Of a stretch of 64,000 bases of DNA, positions 39,788 to 52,437 are shown piece by piece (position 1 is the first letter of the stretch; each line of letters starts with the position of its first letter). Where the stretch lies: positions 124,001-188,000 of the forward strand of contig MCFH01000057.1 in NCBI GenBank assembly GCA_002104945.1, read 5' to 3'. The DNA is from Piromyces finnis finn (Eukaryota; Fungi; Neocallimastigomycota). The notes beneath the pieces were generated by a model. The model saw nothing but the letters and a program-made list of their open reading frames with translations, had not been told where the DNA came from and ran no database searches. The position numbers and the translations under genes are program-made.

Positions 39788-42700
39788 ATGAGTGGGCTTA
39801 GGCATTTTGATATAGTAAATTATCCAAGACATGAGACCTTACGTCTTATGGCTAGTTATTTACAAAGTGTCATTGAAGAGACAGATAAGATGCCAGAAAC
39901 AAGGAATGAACTTGTAAGTAAAAGTTTTAAAGATAAAAGATAAAATGGAATAATAATATAATAGTAATAGTAATAGTAATAGTAATAGTAATAGTAATAG
40001 TATAGTAATAGTAATAGTAATAGTAATAGTAATAGTAATAGTAATAGTAATAGTAATAGTAATAGTAATAGTAATAGTAATAGTAATAGTAATAGTAATA
40101 GTAATAGTAATAGTAATAGTAATAGTAATAGTATAGTAATAGTAATAGTAATAGTAATAGTAATAGTAATAGTAATAGTAATAGTAATAGTAATAGTAAT
40201 AGTAATAGTAATAGTAATAGTAATAGTAATAGTAATAGTAATAGTAATAGTAATAGTAATAGTAATAGTAATAGTAATAGTAATAGTAATAGTAATAGTA
40301 ATAGTAATAGTAATAGTAATAGTAATAGTAATAGTAATAGTAATAGTAATAGTAATAGTAGTAAAAAAAGAAAAAAAAGAAAAAAAGGTAACAGAAATAA
40401 TTAATATGTATATTTATATATTCAAATTTTTTAGACAAGATTTCATGCAAAATCTATTCCAACAATTGATATTTTAGCATATTTAAATAGAATTTTAAAA
40501 TATGCTCCATGTGAGAATGACTGTTTTCTATCGGTGTTGGTTTATTTTCATAAAATGGCAACCCTTCAAAATAAACCACCATCATTTGTTAGTTCATGTA
40601 AAAAACGTAGAAAGCCAATAATCATTAATTCCTACAATATTCATCGTTTATTGATCATTGGTATCATGATAGCCGCCAAATTTTATAGTGATATTTTCTT
40701 TACAAACTCTCATTATGCAAAGGTAAGTTGGTGTTATAAATAAAAGTCCAATTAATAAAATATGTATTATTTTAAAGGGCATTTTAATTAATCCTTTATT
40801 GTTTATTTGATCCATTTTATTTTTTTTACCCTAACGCATCATAAAGGTTGGCGGTTTACCAGTAATAGAACTTAATCAGCTTGAAGTAGAATTTCTTTTG
40901 ATCAATGATTTTGATTTACATATTAGTGTGGAAGAAATCCAAGAAACAGGTGATCTTTTACTTAGTCATGCATTAAAATATCCAATTCAAGTTGGTGTTA
41001 AATCACAAAATGAAATAAAACCTACTTCAAACACTTCTCAAAATCAAAATTCATTAACTCAAAAGCAAACACCGCCAAAGGAAGTTCCAATTCCTCCAAG
41101 AGTACAATTAAATGAATCTGAAGAAAGTAATCGTCGTATTTCTGTTCAATCGAAACCTCTAAGTACTGTCAATCTCAATAACAATCAAAGACCCAATCTC
41201 AACTATAACATCCAATTCTCAAATTCTCCAAAACCAAAACATTCTTCTTCTTACGATGAATATAATAGAGATCTTTTGGAATCTACAGCTGTTGCCATTG
41301 ATTCTTTTGACGGTGAACCAATTCCTAAATTCACAACATTAAGTTCTATATCAAAGAATAATCACCGTTCACCAATTCCAAATGTTTATACATTAGCTCG
41401 AACAACATCTAAAAGTGCTTCAGCTAAATTAAGAAATTCAATGATAATGTCGATGAATAGTAATATACCACTTTCATCTTCCAACAACAACAACAACAAC
41501 AACAACAGCAATAACCACAGCAATAATAATAGTAACACTACTACACCAAACTTTAATGGTATGAATGAAAATGTATCTGTAGTGACTCAAAATCTTAGAT
41601 ACAATAACAGATATTCATTTCAACCACCACAATCCCAACAATCCTACACCCAACCTCCACTACAACCACCACAACAACAATCACAACAAATGTTGCAACC
41701 AAACCTTTATCAATCACTACCACCACAAACCCAATCACCAAATGGTATATTAATGGATAGCCAATATTCAATGTATGAGGCACAACAAAAGTCTTCAGAA
41801 ATGATGAAGAAATATGAAAGTCTTAGAATGAGCAGTACCAATCAAGGAAATAGTATGATATATACTCAAATTCCAGTTTCTGTTCCACCTAAAACTTATT
41901 TCACTTCACCGGAATCCACTGAAGCCATTCCACATCAAAATTCTATGATAAGTGGCGTCGGTAGTTACAGTACAAGTGAATTATATAATTCAAAGAGAAC
42001 CAGTACAGGAAGTCATTCCTTCAATGGAAATAATACAATGCAAGTGTATAAACAACCGTCAAAAAGTAAAAGTAGTTCTTCCCTTAATATCATTAATAAT
42101 GACTGGCATAATAAAGAATTACCACCAATAAATAATATGACCCATAGGAATGACAATCCTCGTACACTCAGTAATGTTAATCTACACAACACAGATATTT
42201 TATATCAACAGCAACAACAGCAACAACAACAACAATCCATGCAAATTCCACCACCACCACCACCAAAAGCTGTTCCACCCATGTATAGCAATTCTCCGAT
42301 AAAGATGAATAATGGTGGAGGTAGTAGTAATCCACAAGATAAAAGAAGTAGCCGAATGTCAATGAATTTTGCTGGATCTCAATTTTCAGTAGAATCACCA
42401 ATGGATGCACCACCACGTCTTTCAAAATTTTTTGGTTACATGCCAAATGAAATTATTAGTCCAATAAAGATTACCGATGATTACCAACAAGATATACAAA
42501 AAATGGAAGATATGACAAATAATTTTTACCTTTCTCCTTTAAATCCTCATTCTTCCCCATCCATTAATCCACCATTCCAAAATTATCATATGAATTCCAA
42601 TCCTTCTTCATCTTCAAATACACCACATCGTTCCTATAACAATTCCCTTTCCAATGTTGCTTCTCCTAACAGCAATCCAAATATGAAAGATCCAGGTGTT

Positions 42701-43198
42701 TCTATTTCTTCTTTAGCTGCTAAGACAAGTAATCTTTCCCTTTCTGTAAGTTATTATTAAGCATAAAATATATATATATATCATCATCATCATTATCATC
42801 AAATAGTAAAAAAAAAAAAATTGAATTTGAATTAGAAATTATTATTAGAAAGCATTAGAAAACAACAGTATAAAAAAGAGAATATTTAAAAAATAGTAAA
42901 AAAAAAAAAAAAGGAAAGGAAAGGAAAGGAAAAAAAAAAAAAAATAAAAAAAAATAGATTAGAAAAATTAGAGGTATATAGAAAAGAAAAAAATAAAACA
43001 TTTATAGTATTACTCAGTAAAAGAAAGAAAGAAAGAAAAAATATACATATATATATAATTATTAAGGATAGAAAAAACATTATGTGAAGTTGTAGTAATG
43101 ATTGTGAAACGACAATAATGTCACTAATCCTAGTAGAATAATTTATAATTTGTTAAAAGAAGAATATGAATAAACAATTTATATATACATATTAAGGG

Positions 43199-43232
<34 letters not shown>

Positions 43233-44002
43233 ATTATTTTCAAAAAAGTATATCCATTGGATAAAATGATTTTCCTTTTTTTTTTTTTTCTCTCTCACTT
43301 ATATATATATATCTATTCTATCTTTTACTTTAAAAATGGATCTACATTTTTTTTGAACCTATATATTTTCTACTTAACATCATCATCATCATTAATACTT
43401 TTTTCTATTTTATATATATATATATATTTTTAATATACTCTTTCTTTTATATTATATATACAATAATAACTTTTATGGTTTATAAAAATCATAGAATAAT
43501 AATTATTCACGATCTAAATTAAATAATTCTAATACAATAAATTAAAAAGTTTTATTATTTTATTTTAATAATATATTTCTATATAATATATAAAACACAC
43601 ACTATAAATACTATTTTTAAATATTAATATTAGTTATACAATTAATTTATATTGTTATTTTTTTTTTTTTAACAAATATATATAAATATTTTAAAGTAAT
43701 AATTTATAAATAATAATGTATTATTCATTAATAAAGAAATATATATAAATATATATTCCTATCTACACTAACACCACCAATCCCTTGTATACTTTTTTTA
43801 AAAATAGAGATAATTATAAACAGAAAATGCACTAATCATCAAATTAATAAATATATATTATTTGATCATCATCATTAATGTATATTTTTTTTTTTCTTAA
43901 TTTGTTTGATTATTTATGAATTATTACTACTACACTTTAACGATAGATCAAAATATTAAAAAAAAAAAAAAAAAAACGTTGTATAAACGATAGATCAAAA
44001 TG

Positions 44003-44038
<36 letters not shown>

Positions 44039-44744
44039 GTTGTATATTAACTATTTTTTACTTTCCTTTTTGTATAATTTTTCAATTATTCCTAATTTAA
44101 AAAAAAAAAAAAAAACTTTTTTTTTTCCATTTTAAGAATTTAATTTCATGAGTAATAATATAAATTTATTGTACACTTTAGATAAAAAAAGAAAGAAATT
44201 AAATAATAGAATGATTCAATTTATCTATACCCACAAAACTAAAATATATATATTTATGATGATGATTCAAATTTTTTTTTTTTAACTTTCATTATCAACA
44301 ATAGTATCATATAAAATAAATTTCATTAATCATGTATATATATATTTTTTTAATATATATTCATAGCCATCACTACCACCTAATAATCGTCCTTATAGTA
44401 TAAACCTTGATTCACCACTTAAAATGAATAATTTAAATTCACCAACTAAATTGAATAAGCATTTTTCAATACAGTCAGTAGAAAGAGGTATACCTAATTT
44501 ATCTTCAGGAACCTTTATGAATAAACGTTTTTCTACTCAACCCAATCAAAACTTATCCGTAAATACTACTTTACCTAGACATCTTCCAAATTCAAATGAT
44601 AGGCTATCTATGAATTTAACAACAGAGAATGGTACTATAAATACAATGAATACAACTTCAGGAGATGCCTACTCCTCCACTGTACCTAATAATAATCTTC
44701 CACATTATTTAAATAAACCTCCCATCAGTAAAAATTATCGTTAA
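39788..44744 (+). CDS. Pho80/Pcl6-7-type (Pho85) cyclin with a long low-complexity C-terminus; exons 39788-39913, 40435-~40722, ~40846-42745, 44367-44744 (or stop at 42760 if the last intron is unspliced)
   Basis: TRFHAKSIPTIDILAYLNRILKYAPCENDCFLSVLVY...INSYNIHRLLIIGIMIAAKFYSDIFFTNSHYAK|VGGLPVIELNQLEVEFLLINDFDLHIS. A phase-0 GTAAGT donor at 42746 matches a phase-0 CATAG acceptor ending at 44366. Confidence 0.9.
39959..40360. repeat. (TAATAG)n hexanucleotide array (~400 bp) in cyclin intron 1
   Basis: Nearly pure array with two single-base deletions at ~40001 and ~40132. Confidence 0.97.
43939..44046. repeat. Two-copy tandem duplication AACGATAGATCAAAAT-polyA-CGTTGTATA
   Basis: Copies start at 43939 and 43986 and differ mainly in poly-A length. 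Confidence 0.85.
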
Positions 44745-45779
44745 ATTCAAAAAGTTTAATAAAAAAAAAAAAATCACATTATCAAGCCATAATCTGAATA
44801 ATAAAACAAAATAGGCTAAAGGAAATCAATTGAAATAAAGAATAAAAAAAAATCAAAAACTTTTGATAAAAGGAAGGAGATGTCAAAGTCGAAAAACTAA
44901 GAAGGAATCATTGAAATGAATGATATTTTCTATTCTTTAATCTACTTTTTACTAATTAAAAAAAAAAAAAGTAAAATATTCATATATTTTATTTTATTTT
45001 TTTTTTTTTAAATAAATTAAAAATATATAAAAAAAAAAAAAAAAAATCGTTTATTCAACTGAACTTTTTCAAAAAAAAAAAAAAAAAAAAAAAAAAATAA
45101 TCTTTATTCTTATAATTAAAAAATAAAAAAAATTTATTTATAAATAAATAAATAAATAAAAATAAAGTAAAAATAACAACAATAATAAAAGTCTTTTTTT
45201 TTTTTTTTTTAATTTCGTTTTAATTAAAATACTTTTAAAAATAAAAAAAAAAGGTTATTTGTGGTGTATGCGTATTTCTATTTCTATTATTGAAATTTTA
45301 AATTTTTATTTTTTTAAAAAGACTATTCTTCAAAATGTAAAAAAATATTATTATAATTATATCATAATCTATCTATCTATTTTTTTTTTAATTTTTCATA
45401 AATTTATCATTTTTATTGAAACCAACAACAACAGCAGCAGCAGCAGCAGCAATAACAGCAGCAATAACAACAAAAAATAGAGAAATTTAATTACTTCTTT
45501 TAAAAGTATGGTTCGTTTTTTTATTACAATTTTATGTTTTACCTTTTTTTTTTAAATTTGAACAAAATTGATCAATTATTTAATATTAAATCTATTCATT
45601 TAATTTAATATGGTTATTTATCTAAAATTTATTTTTATATTCATTTATATTTTATGTTTTAGGTTGGAGTGGTGATGAAACATTAATAATAATAAATAAA
45701 GTTTCAAAATGATTATTTTGTGTAACATCAATACAACTCAAAATTTTAATTTAAATGCATTGAACCAATAAAAATAAAG

Positions 45780-45918
45780 TTGCTTACTTTTTTAGCATAA
45801 ACGAGAAAAAAAATATTCTTTGGTGGTAATTTCTAGGCAAAAAAAAAAAAAAACTTGCTTTTTAGCATAAACGAAAAAAAATATTCTTTGGTGGTAAAAT
45901 CTAGGCAAAAAAAAAAAA
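45780..45918. repeat. Two-copy tandem duplication (~70 bp)
   Basis: TTTTAGCATAAACGA...AAATATTCTTTGGTGGTAA..TCTAGGC-polyA occurs twice. Confidence 0.85.
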
Positions 45919-46049
45919 GTATAATGGATTTGTAGTAAAAGTAATGGATTCATAGGAATATGATGCTTTAAAACAATGAATTGGAGAACTCGAAATTGAC
46001 CCCTCTACAAGGCAGAATATGTATTCAAAATTATTATTAAGGTTGATTT

Positions 46050-46250
46050 CTTTAAATGAATTTAATATTCATAACCAACTATTATGACTTTGACACCATT
46101 CCAATTACTTACATCTACTAATATAAATCCAAACAAGTACATGATCTATTATTAATTTTTATACTACTCCTCTTCATTTCTTTCCTACCATTTAATGGTA
46201 GTAAAATAATGCCTTTATAAATATTTCACTTTTTCAGTAAATTCATAAAA
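46050..46250 (-). mobile_element. Possible highly decayed SWIM zinc-finger (MULE-like transposase) remnant
   Basis: Minus strand reads ...SSIKINNRSCTCLDLY** followed by a frameshifted C..HII-like segment. Many stops. Confidence 0.25.
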
Positions 46251-47531
46251 AGACGAAACCTTTTTTTTTTAAACAGGTCTTCTACTCTCTTTTAAAATTT
46301 ATAAACATTTCTTTTCATATATTAACAGTTGATTGTTGATTTATTTTTGTATTTATTATATAGTACTGTTAATATATTTATTTTTTATTTCGTTTTATTA
46401 TTTTATATATTATTATTTTATTTTGGAATTAGTATTGATATATTAAATAATAAATTAAAGAAGATTAATATAACTATAAACTTTATTTTATAAGTTTTTA
46501 AAATGTCAAATTTACTATTTAATTAAACATTTTGGGTCGTACAATATATTAATATATAGGACATAGAATAATTATATTGAGTTCATATATTATAATAAAT
46601 TATTAAATTTTATAAAATAAATTAAATTTAAAAGATAGTAAAAATTGGTAGGATAGATTAAAATTTAAATTAAAATAAAAAAGATATATTAAATATTATT
46701 GTAATATATATATAATTATATTTTAATATAAAACTAATATATTGTAATATTAAATTCAGCTTTTTAATTTATTTATTAAAGGTATTACAATTTTATATAT
46801 AAGTAATACAAACATCTCGAAATTGAAATTAATATATAATACAATATAACACAAAGTATATTGTTTAATTAGTAATCAATAGAGTTTTAATATATTAAAT
46901 TTAAATGAATCCATAAACAAAACTTGAATAATAATTCAAATTTCCTTTTTTTTTCTTAATTGGAAAACTTTAATTTATAATAAAAATAGAAAAAGATCAA
47001 AATAAAAAAAAAGGTTAGGCGAGTGTAGCATGAATAAAAAAAAAAGCCAGCCTTGGAAAAGGAAGAGAATGAAATAGATGAGGTGTGGGAGGATGTCCTA
47101 GAAAAGAAAAATTCTTATTTAATGAATTAGTGCTTTTGAAACTTTAATAAAAAGATTTTAAATAATAAGAATAAAGCTATGAAAAGTAATTTGAGTAATT
47201 TGAGTAATAATATCAATATACTATTTAATAATATTTGTATTGAAGGAGATTGCATTAAAAAAAGTTTTAAAAGATGAATATTAAAGGATAATAAAAAAAT
47301 TACATTATGGGACATTAACTTTGACATTTTACATTTAAACAATAAAAAAAATAAAAAAGATGACATGATTGTTCATCTTACTCTACAATGTTAATGCTTA
47401 TTGCACTTTAAAATCTAATATTTTGTAGTTTAAATCATGATTTTATATTTTATTTTATTATTAATTACAAATTTAAAAAGAAAAATTACTTCCTGGTACT
47501 ATAATAGTAATTCCTACTAAAGATCATGAAT

Positions 47532-47614
47532 TCAAAAGTATTTCATTCTATTTTTTATTTCATACCATTGTCAAAAGTATTTCATTCTATTTTTTATTTC
47601 ATACCATTGTCAAG
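47532..47614. repeat. Perfect 39-bp tandem duplication
   Basis: TCAAAAGTATTTCATTCTATTTTTTATTTCATACCATTG occurs at 47532 and 47571. Confidence 0.9.
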
Positions 47615-49018
47615 GTAATAAAATAAAATGGTGTAGTATTATGTTTGGCAACTTTTTAAAATATTTATATCAATGATGATGAAATATAAGTTTGTACCTA
47701 TTTTTTCATTTAATATTTTCCTCAATATCCTTTTTTACATTGAGTATTTTTTTTTAAAAGAAAAAACTTTTTATTCTTTCTTTTCTTTTCACCATCTTTC
47801 TTTACCTACCTACCACTTCTTTGCCTCTCTTTACCTACCACCTCTTTATAAAGTTTTGAATTTTTTTTTTTTTAATTATTAAAATTTTAATTAAATTACT
47901 TTTTATTAATATATTATATTAAATATAAAACAATAGAATTAAAATAGAATTTAATATATGATGTATTATTAATAATTTAATTTAATAATAAAATACAAAA
48001 AAAAAAAAAAAAAAACCAAAACAAGATTTGAAAATTTTCTTTTTTTTTTTAATATTTATTATTATTTATATTAAAATAAAAAAAAAAAAGTGGAAAGGAA
48101 AGAGAAATAATAATAATAAACAGGCAGTCTAAATGTTTTAAATTCGAATATTACAACCTTTTTTTTTTTATTTTTTTTCTTTTTACTTTATTACAAAAGC
48201 ACTTTAAAAAAAATACTAAACAAAAGATTAACAAGTCAATTGCATAAATATTAAAAAAAAAATTGATATTTTTTTTTATTATAAATCCTAAAATTTGTTA
48301 AATTTTTTTTTTTCTACACAATTACAATAACAAAAGTTATTATTATTTCTTCCCTTTCTTTATATATATGTCATAAAGAATATATCAATAATTAAAAAAA
48401 AAAAAAAAAAAAAAGCGAATTACAAAATATATACATAAAATAACAAAATCTTTTTTTTTATAAAGTAATATATCTATAAACATCGTAAACCTCTTTATTT
48501 ATACCTATAAGGACATCTTAAAAAAGATTCCCTATTTTATAAACATTTTTTTATATGATTTTTATACTTATATAGTATATAGAAATGATGAAATAAATAT
48601 ATACATATCAATTTATAAATATCTTGAAAATAAAAATAACAATACTACCTATAATAATAAATGATATACAATAAAAAAATATAAATTGCCTTTAGATTAC
48701 TATAATATTTACTTTTTTTTGAAAACATATAAAACTAATACTTTTTATAATTAAAAAAACGTTGATATTATCATAATAATAATAATAATATAAAAAACCT
48801 TTTTACACACAAATTAAATAAAAAATAGTTATATGAATCAATGATAGTATATTCTACAGAGAATAAGTTATAATAAAAGCATAATAGTAGTAGAATTGCT
48901 TTTAAAATATAATAAACAAATTAAACTATTTAATAAATAAAAATTAAATCGATAAAATTGTTTATTCTTTTAAAATAAACAGAAAACTACAACAAAATAG
49001 ATGATAACAATTATATAT

Positions 49019-49118
49019 AATCATTGATAATTATTTCAATAGAGTTTGCTTCAATTTAACCATTATTTTATTTTATAATCATTGATAATTATTTCAATAG
49101 AGTTTGTTTCAATTTAAC
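49019..49118. repeat. 58-bp-period tandem duplication upstream of the 49399 gene
   Basis: AATCATTGATAATTATTTCAATAGAGTTTG(C/T)TTCAATTTAAC occurs at 49019 and 49077. Confidence 0.9.
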
Positions 49119-49398
49119 ATTTATATTAATTGTTGTAGAGTCTATGTTATTATTTAATTTAGATAATAATAGAAAATAATTGTTTTAAAGGCAATTTTTC
49201 ATTATTTAAATAGTTGTAGAAAATAATTATTATAAAGCTTATTTCATTATTTAATAAAAATAATTAGTTATAAATCAAATATAAGCTAATAAACTAATTT
49301 TTATTTCTATATTTTTTATTAATCAAATTTTTTTTTATTGATGTATAGTTTACAATAATACAATAATTTAGATAACTATAATATATATATATAACAAA

Positions 49399-52300
49399 AT
49401 GATAGCAAACCAAGGTCAAGAACAAATAAGAAATTTCGATAGTCCATTACAACCAAACTTTGAAAAAACAGGATCACCTTCAAAAGGAATGGAACAATAT
49501 AATAATATTCCACCAGAATTATTAAATGATCCAAATTTCATTCGTCAACAACAAATACTAAAACAACAACTTATGCAACAACAATACATACAACAACAAC
49601 ACATGCAACAACAACAATTTATGCAACAACAACAATTCATGAATTCACCCCATTTTGCTAATGGTATGAGCCCAGCTAATTTCAAAGGTCAATTTGTTGG
49701 TGCAGAGTTAGACCTTTCTTCAGATGAAGAACTCTTAGATGATATTGTACCCAGAAGAAAACCTACCGAAACTGAAGCTTTAGCTGAATTTTTACGTCGT
49801 ACTGGACCAGAGGATTTAGAACCACCAACGGCTCAAAAGAAAAAGAAGAATTCTATTTTTAGTTTTAAGAAACAAAATAAAAAGGAAAAAGTTAAAAATG
49901 ATAATGCTATTAATCGTCCAAGACATATTCCTTTAATACCTGAAACTGAAGGTGGTATGTATGCTCAAAGTCCAAATAGTATTAATTCAACTAATCCAAG
50001 CCCAAGTGGTATGATAAGTCCTTCTAAAGGACCAAATCCAAATAATATGCCTGTTGGTGGTGGTATGTCTATGATGCCTTCAGAAGAACAACTCTATATG
50101 CATACCCAACCCGGTCAAAAGAAACCAAGAAAGAAGACTAATTCTCAAATCTTAGAAGATTTCTTAAAGACATCTAATCAAACAAAACAATTTATGAACC
50201 AAATTCAACAAATTAACAATAGTGAAAATCAACAAAAACAACATATTATGGGATATTCAGGAGGTATTAAGGATCCACAGGCTCAACAACCAATGAGACA
50301 AAGTGTCTTCCTTCAACAACAACAATTCCAACAACAACAAGATCCAGATGATGAAGAATTTGAATATCAACCTTCCCCAATTCCAGCTCAACAACATGCC
50401 TTTATGGGTGGTCAAGGTATGGGTGCTATGCTTCCAGCTAATTCTACTAATAGTTTGGATAGAAAAACAAATAGTCGTCATCCACCACGTACTTCTTCCA
50501 TGGTAATTAGCCATTTCCTTATTAATCAACAAGGCATGGAACCATATGAAGTTCAACAGCGTATGGATGAATATGCTCTTGGTATTAACGAAAATGGTGA
50601 AATCATATCTGACGAAGAAGAACTCGAAGATGATTTCTTCTCTGATGATGACGAAGATTTATTCTCTGAAGAAGATAGTGAGGTTATTCGTAATACTAGA
50701 CTTAACGCTGAAATGCGTCCAGAAAATTGTTCCTTTATTGATGATCCAATTCCAAAGGCACGTACCAATAAAACCGTTCAGTTCTGTGAAGAAGTTGGTG
50801 AAATTTCTGATTCCGATTACTATGATGACGATGAAGACGAATACGATTCCAATGATTATAATGAAGATATGGAAGATGAAATGCTTCCACAACCACAACC
50901 ACATATGCAAAATGGTTCCTCTCAAACTGCCAGTGTTTCTACTGGTACTTCTATGGAAGATATGCCAAGAAATGCTACTCAACAAATGCCACAACAACCA
51001 CAACATTCTGCTGCTGCTTCAATGAACAAATCTGCACCAACTGGTCCAACTGGTCCAAATGGTAAACCAGCTCAAAAGCATGTAATTCATAAGAGTAAAT
51101 TAAAGGATGAAGAAAGTAACAAGGAAGTTGTCAGTGGATATAATATGGTCTCTTTACCACCACCAGAAGTTGCAACTTTAGAAATTACCTATAATCCAGA
51201 AGAAGCTGAATTAGAAGAAGCTGAAAAAGAATTAATACAACAAGAAAATAAAGAAAGAAACGAACGTCGTAGATCTAACGTCCCACCAAATAGAAATGGA
51301 CCACCAAGAAGAGGACCACCAGAACCAAGAAGAGGAATGAGAGATCAAAGACCAATTTCTATGAGTGTTAATATGAAGAATATACCATCCTATCATAAGC
51401 ACCATCAACAAAATCCAGAAGGTCAAGATTCAAAACAACCTTATTCTCAAAATCAACCACGTCCAAGACGTAGACATGTTCAAATTCAAACTCGTAAACC
51501 ACACCTTCGTTCATCTAGTGTTCAAACTGACCCAGAAGCAACAAAAGAATACGAAGCCTTGGTAGAAGAATTAAATGCTACTTCCACCGAACAAAACGCT
51601 ACTATAGAAACTCTTCAAGAAGAAGTTTCCAAATACCGTGTTTCATCGCAAAAATTATCAGATGAATTAAAATTGGCTCAAGAAAGATACCAAAAAACTG
51701 CAGAAGAAAGAGACGCTTTATCCGAGAAGAATAAGGAATTGGTTAAGATTAGTGATGAAAAACAGGTTCAATTCGATAATTTATCTGCTCAAGCCTATAC
51801 CAAGATTCAAGATTTAGTTGTTAGTCAACAAAAACTTTTACGTGAACGCCATGCTATGGAAAATGAAATTTTAAAGTTGAGAGAAGAATTAAAGAAAGCT
51901 AAGGCTTTTATTAACCAAAATTATCCTAATGCTGCCTCTGTTAACAGTCCAAAAAGTCCATCCAAAAAGGGAGCTTTACAAGCTAATGTTACCAATGTAG
52001 CTAATATTACTAACACTGCCAATGTTGCCAATGGTCCAATCGTTGATTCTGCTATACCTGTTCAAGCCTCATCAACTCCAGTTATCGTGGAAAATGGTGA
52101 AGGTAGTGGTGCTCAACCTCTACCACCTCAACCACAACCACCAGTCAATTATCGTATGCAACCACCACCACCACAATCACCACAACCACAAATGGTAAAA
52201 AGTCCAAATGCTGATTTAAATATTCTTTCTCAAAGTATGACCCCACCACTTTCAGCTTCCTCACCAAGTATTTATGCTCAAAAAATGAAGAATAATGGTA

Positions 52301-52437
52301 GTCCAGTTGTCATGGCTCATCGTAATATAAATAATAGAGTAGCATCACCCAAGCCATCTATTCACAGTGTTCAATCAATAGAAGCTGTAGATGCCATTTC
52401 TACTAATGTTAATGGTGAAACTAATCCATCTGTATAA
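49399..52437 (+). CDS. Uncharacterised 1012-aa intronless protein: Q-rich and acidic disordered regions, coiled coil, Pro-rich tail
   Basis: Long uninterrupted ORF with clearly coding composition. Coiled-coil heptads at ~51540-51910. Motifs EALAEFLRRTGPE, NKTVQF, RRHVQIQT and SSSVQTD. Confidence 0.9.
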   Translation: MIANQGQEQIRNFDSPLQPNFEKTGSPSKGMEQYNNIPPELLNDPNFIRQQQILKQQLMQQQYIQQQHMQQQQFMQQQQFMNSPHFANGMSPANFKGQFVGAELDLSSDEELLDDIVPRRKPTETEALAEFLRRTGPEDLEPPTAQKKKKNSIFSFKKQNKKEKVKNDNAINRPRHIPLIPETEGGMYAQSPNSINSTNPSPSGMISPSKGPNPNNMPVGGGMSMMPSEEQLYMHTQPGQKKPRKKTNSQILEDFLKTSNQTKQFMNQIQQINNSENQQKQHIMGYSGGIKDPQAQQPMRQSVFLQQQQFQQQQDPDDEEFEYQPSPIPAQQHAFMGGQGMGAMLPANSTNSLDRKTNSRHPPRTSSMVISHFLINQQGMEPYEVQQRMDEYALGINENGEIISDEEELEDDFFSDDDEDLFSEEDSEVIRNTRLNAEMRPENCSFIDDPIPKARTNKTVQFCEEVGEISDSDYYDDDEDEYDSNDYNEDMEDEMLPQPQPHMQNGSSQTASVSTGTSMEDMPRNATQQMPQQPQHSAAASMNKSAPTGPTGPNGKPAQKHVIHKSKLKDEESNKEVVSGYNMVSLPPPEVATLEITYNPEEAELEEAEKELIQQENKERNERRRSNVPPNRNGPPRRGPPEPRRGMRDQRPISMSVNMKNIPSYHKHHQQNPEGQDSKQPYSQNQPRPRRRHVQIQTRKPHLRSSSVQTDPEATKEYEALVEELNATSTEQNATIETLQEEVSKYRVSSQKLSDELKLAQERYQKTAEERDALSEKNKELVKISDEKQVQFDNLSAQAYTKIQDLVVSQQKLLRERHAMENEILKLREELKKAKAFINQNYPNAASVNSPKSPSKKGALQANVTNVANITNTANVANGPIVDSAIPVQASSTPVIVENGEGSGAQPLPPQPQPPVNYRMQPPPPQSPQPQMVKSPNADLNILSQSMTPPLSASSPSIYAQKMKNNGSPVVMAHRNINNRVASPKPSIHSVQSIEAVDAISTNVNGETNPSV

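Noticed and set aside
39959-40360. Possible interstitial telomere
   Set aside because: TAATAG lacks the G-rich TTAGGG-type composition and lies inside an intron with valid splice sites.
39860-40450. 196-aa ORF with poly-Y and poly-IT
   Set aside because: It is a translation artefact of the (TAATAG)n intronic array on the antisense strand of the cyclin gene.
45259-45480. ORF ending in a CAA/CAG repeat
   Set aside because: It has an alternative start, intron-like composition and a microsatellite-derived tail, with no splice or homology support.
50257-51426. Several overlapping ORFs in other frames and strands
   Set aside because: They are shadows of the GC-richer 1012-aa ORF and show no recognisable motifs.
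26605-52437. Apparent cluster of phospho-signalling genes (PP2A-A, PP1 regulator, cyclin, RVxF protein)
   Set aside because: Such genes are common, they are separated by long spacers and an unrelated gene, and nothing in the sequence indicates co-regulation. Synteny data would be needed.
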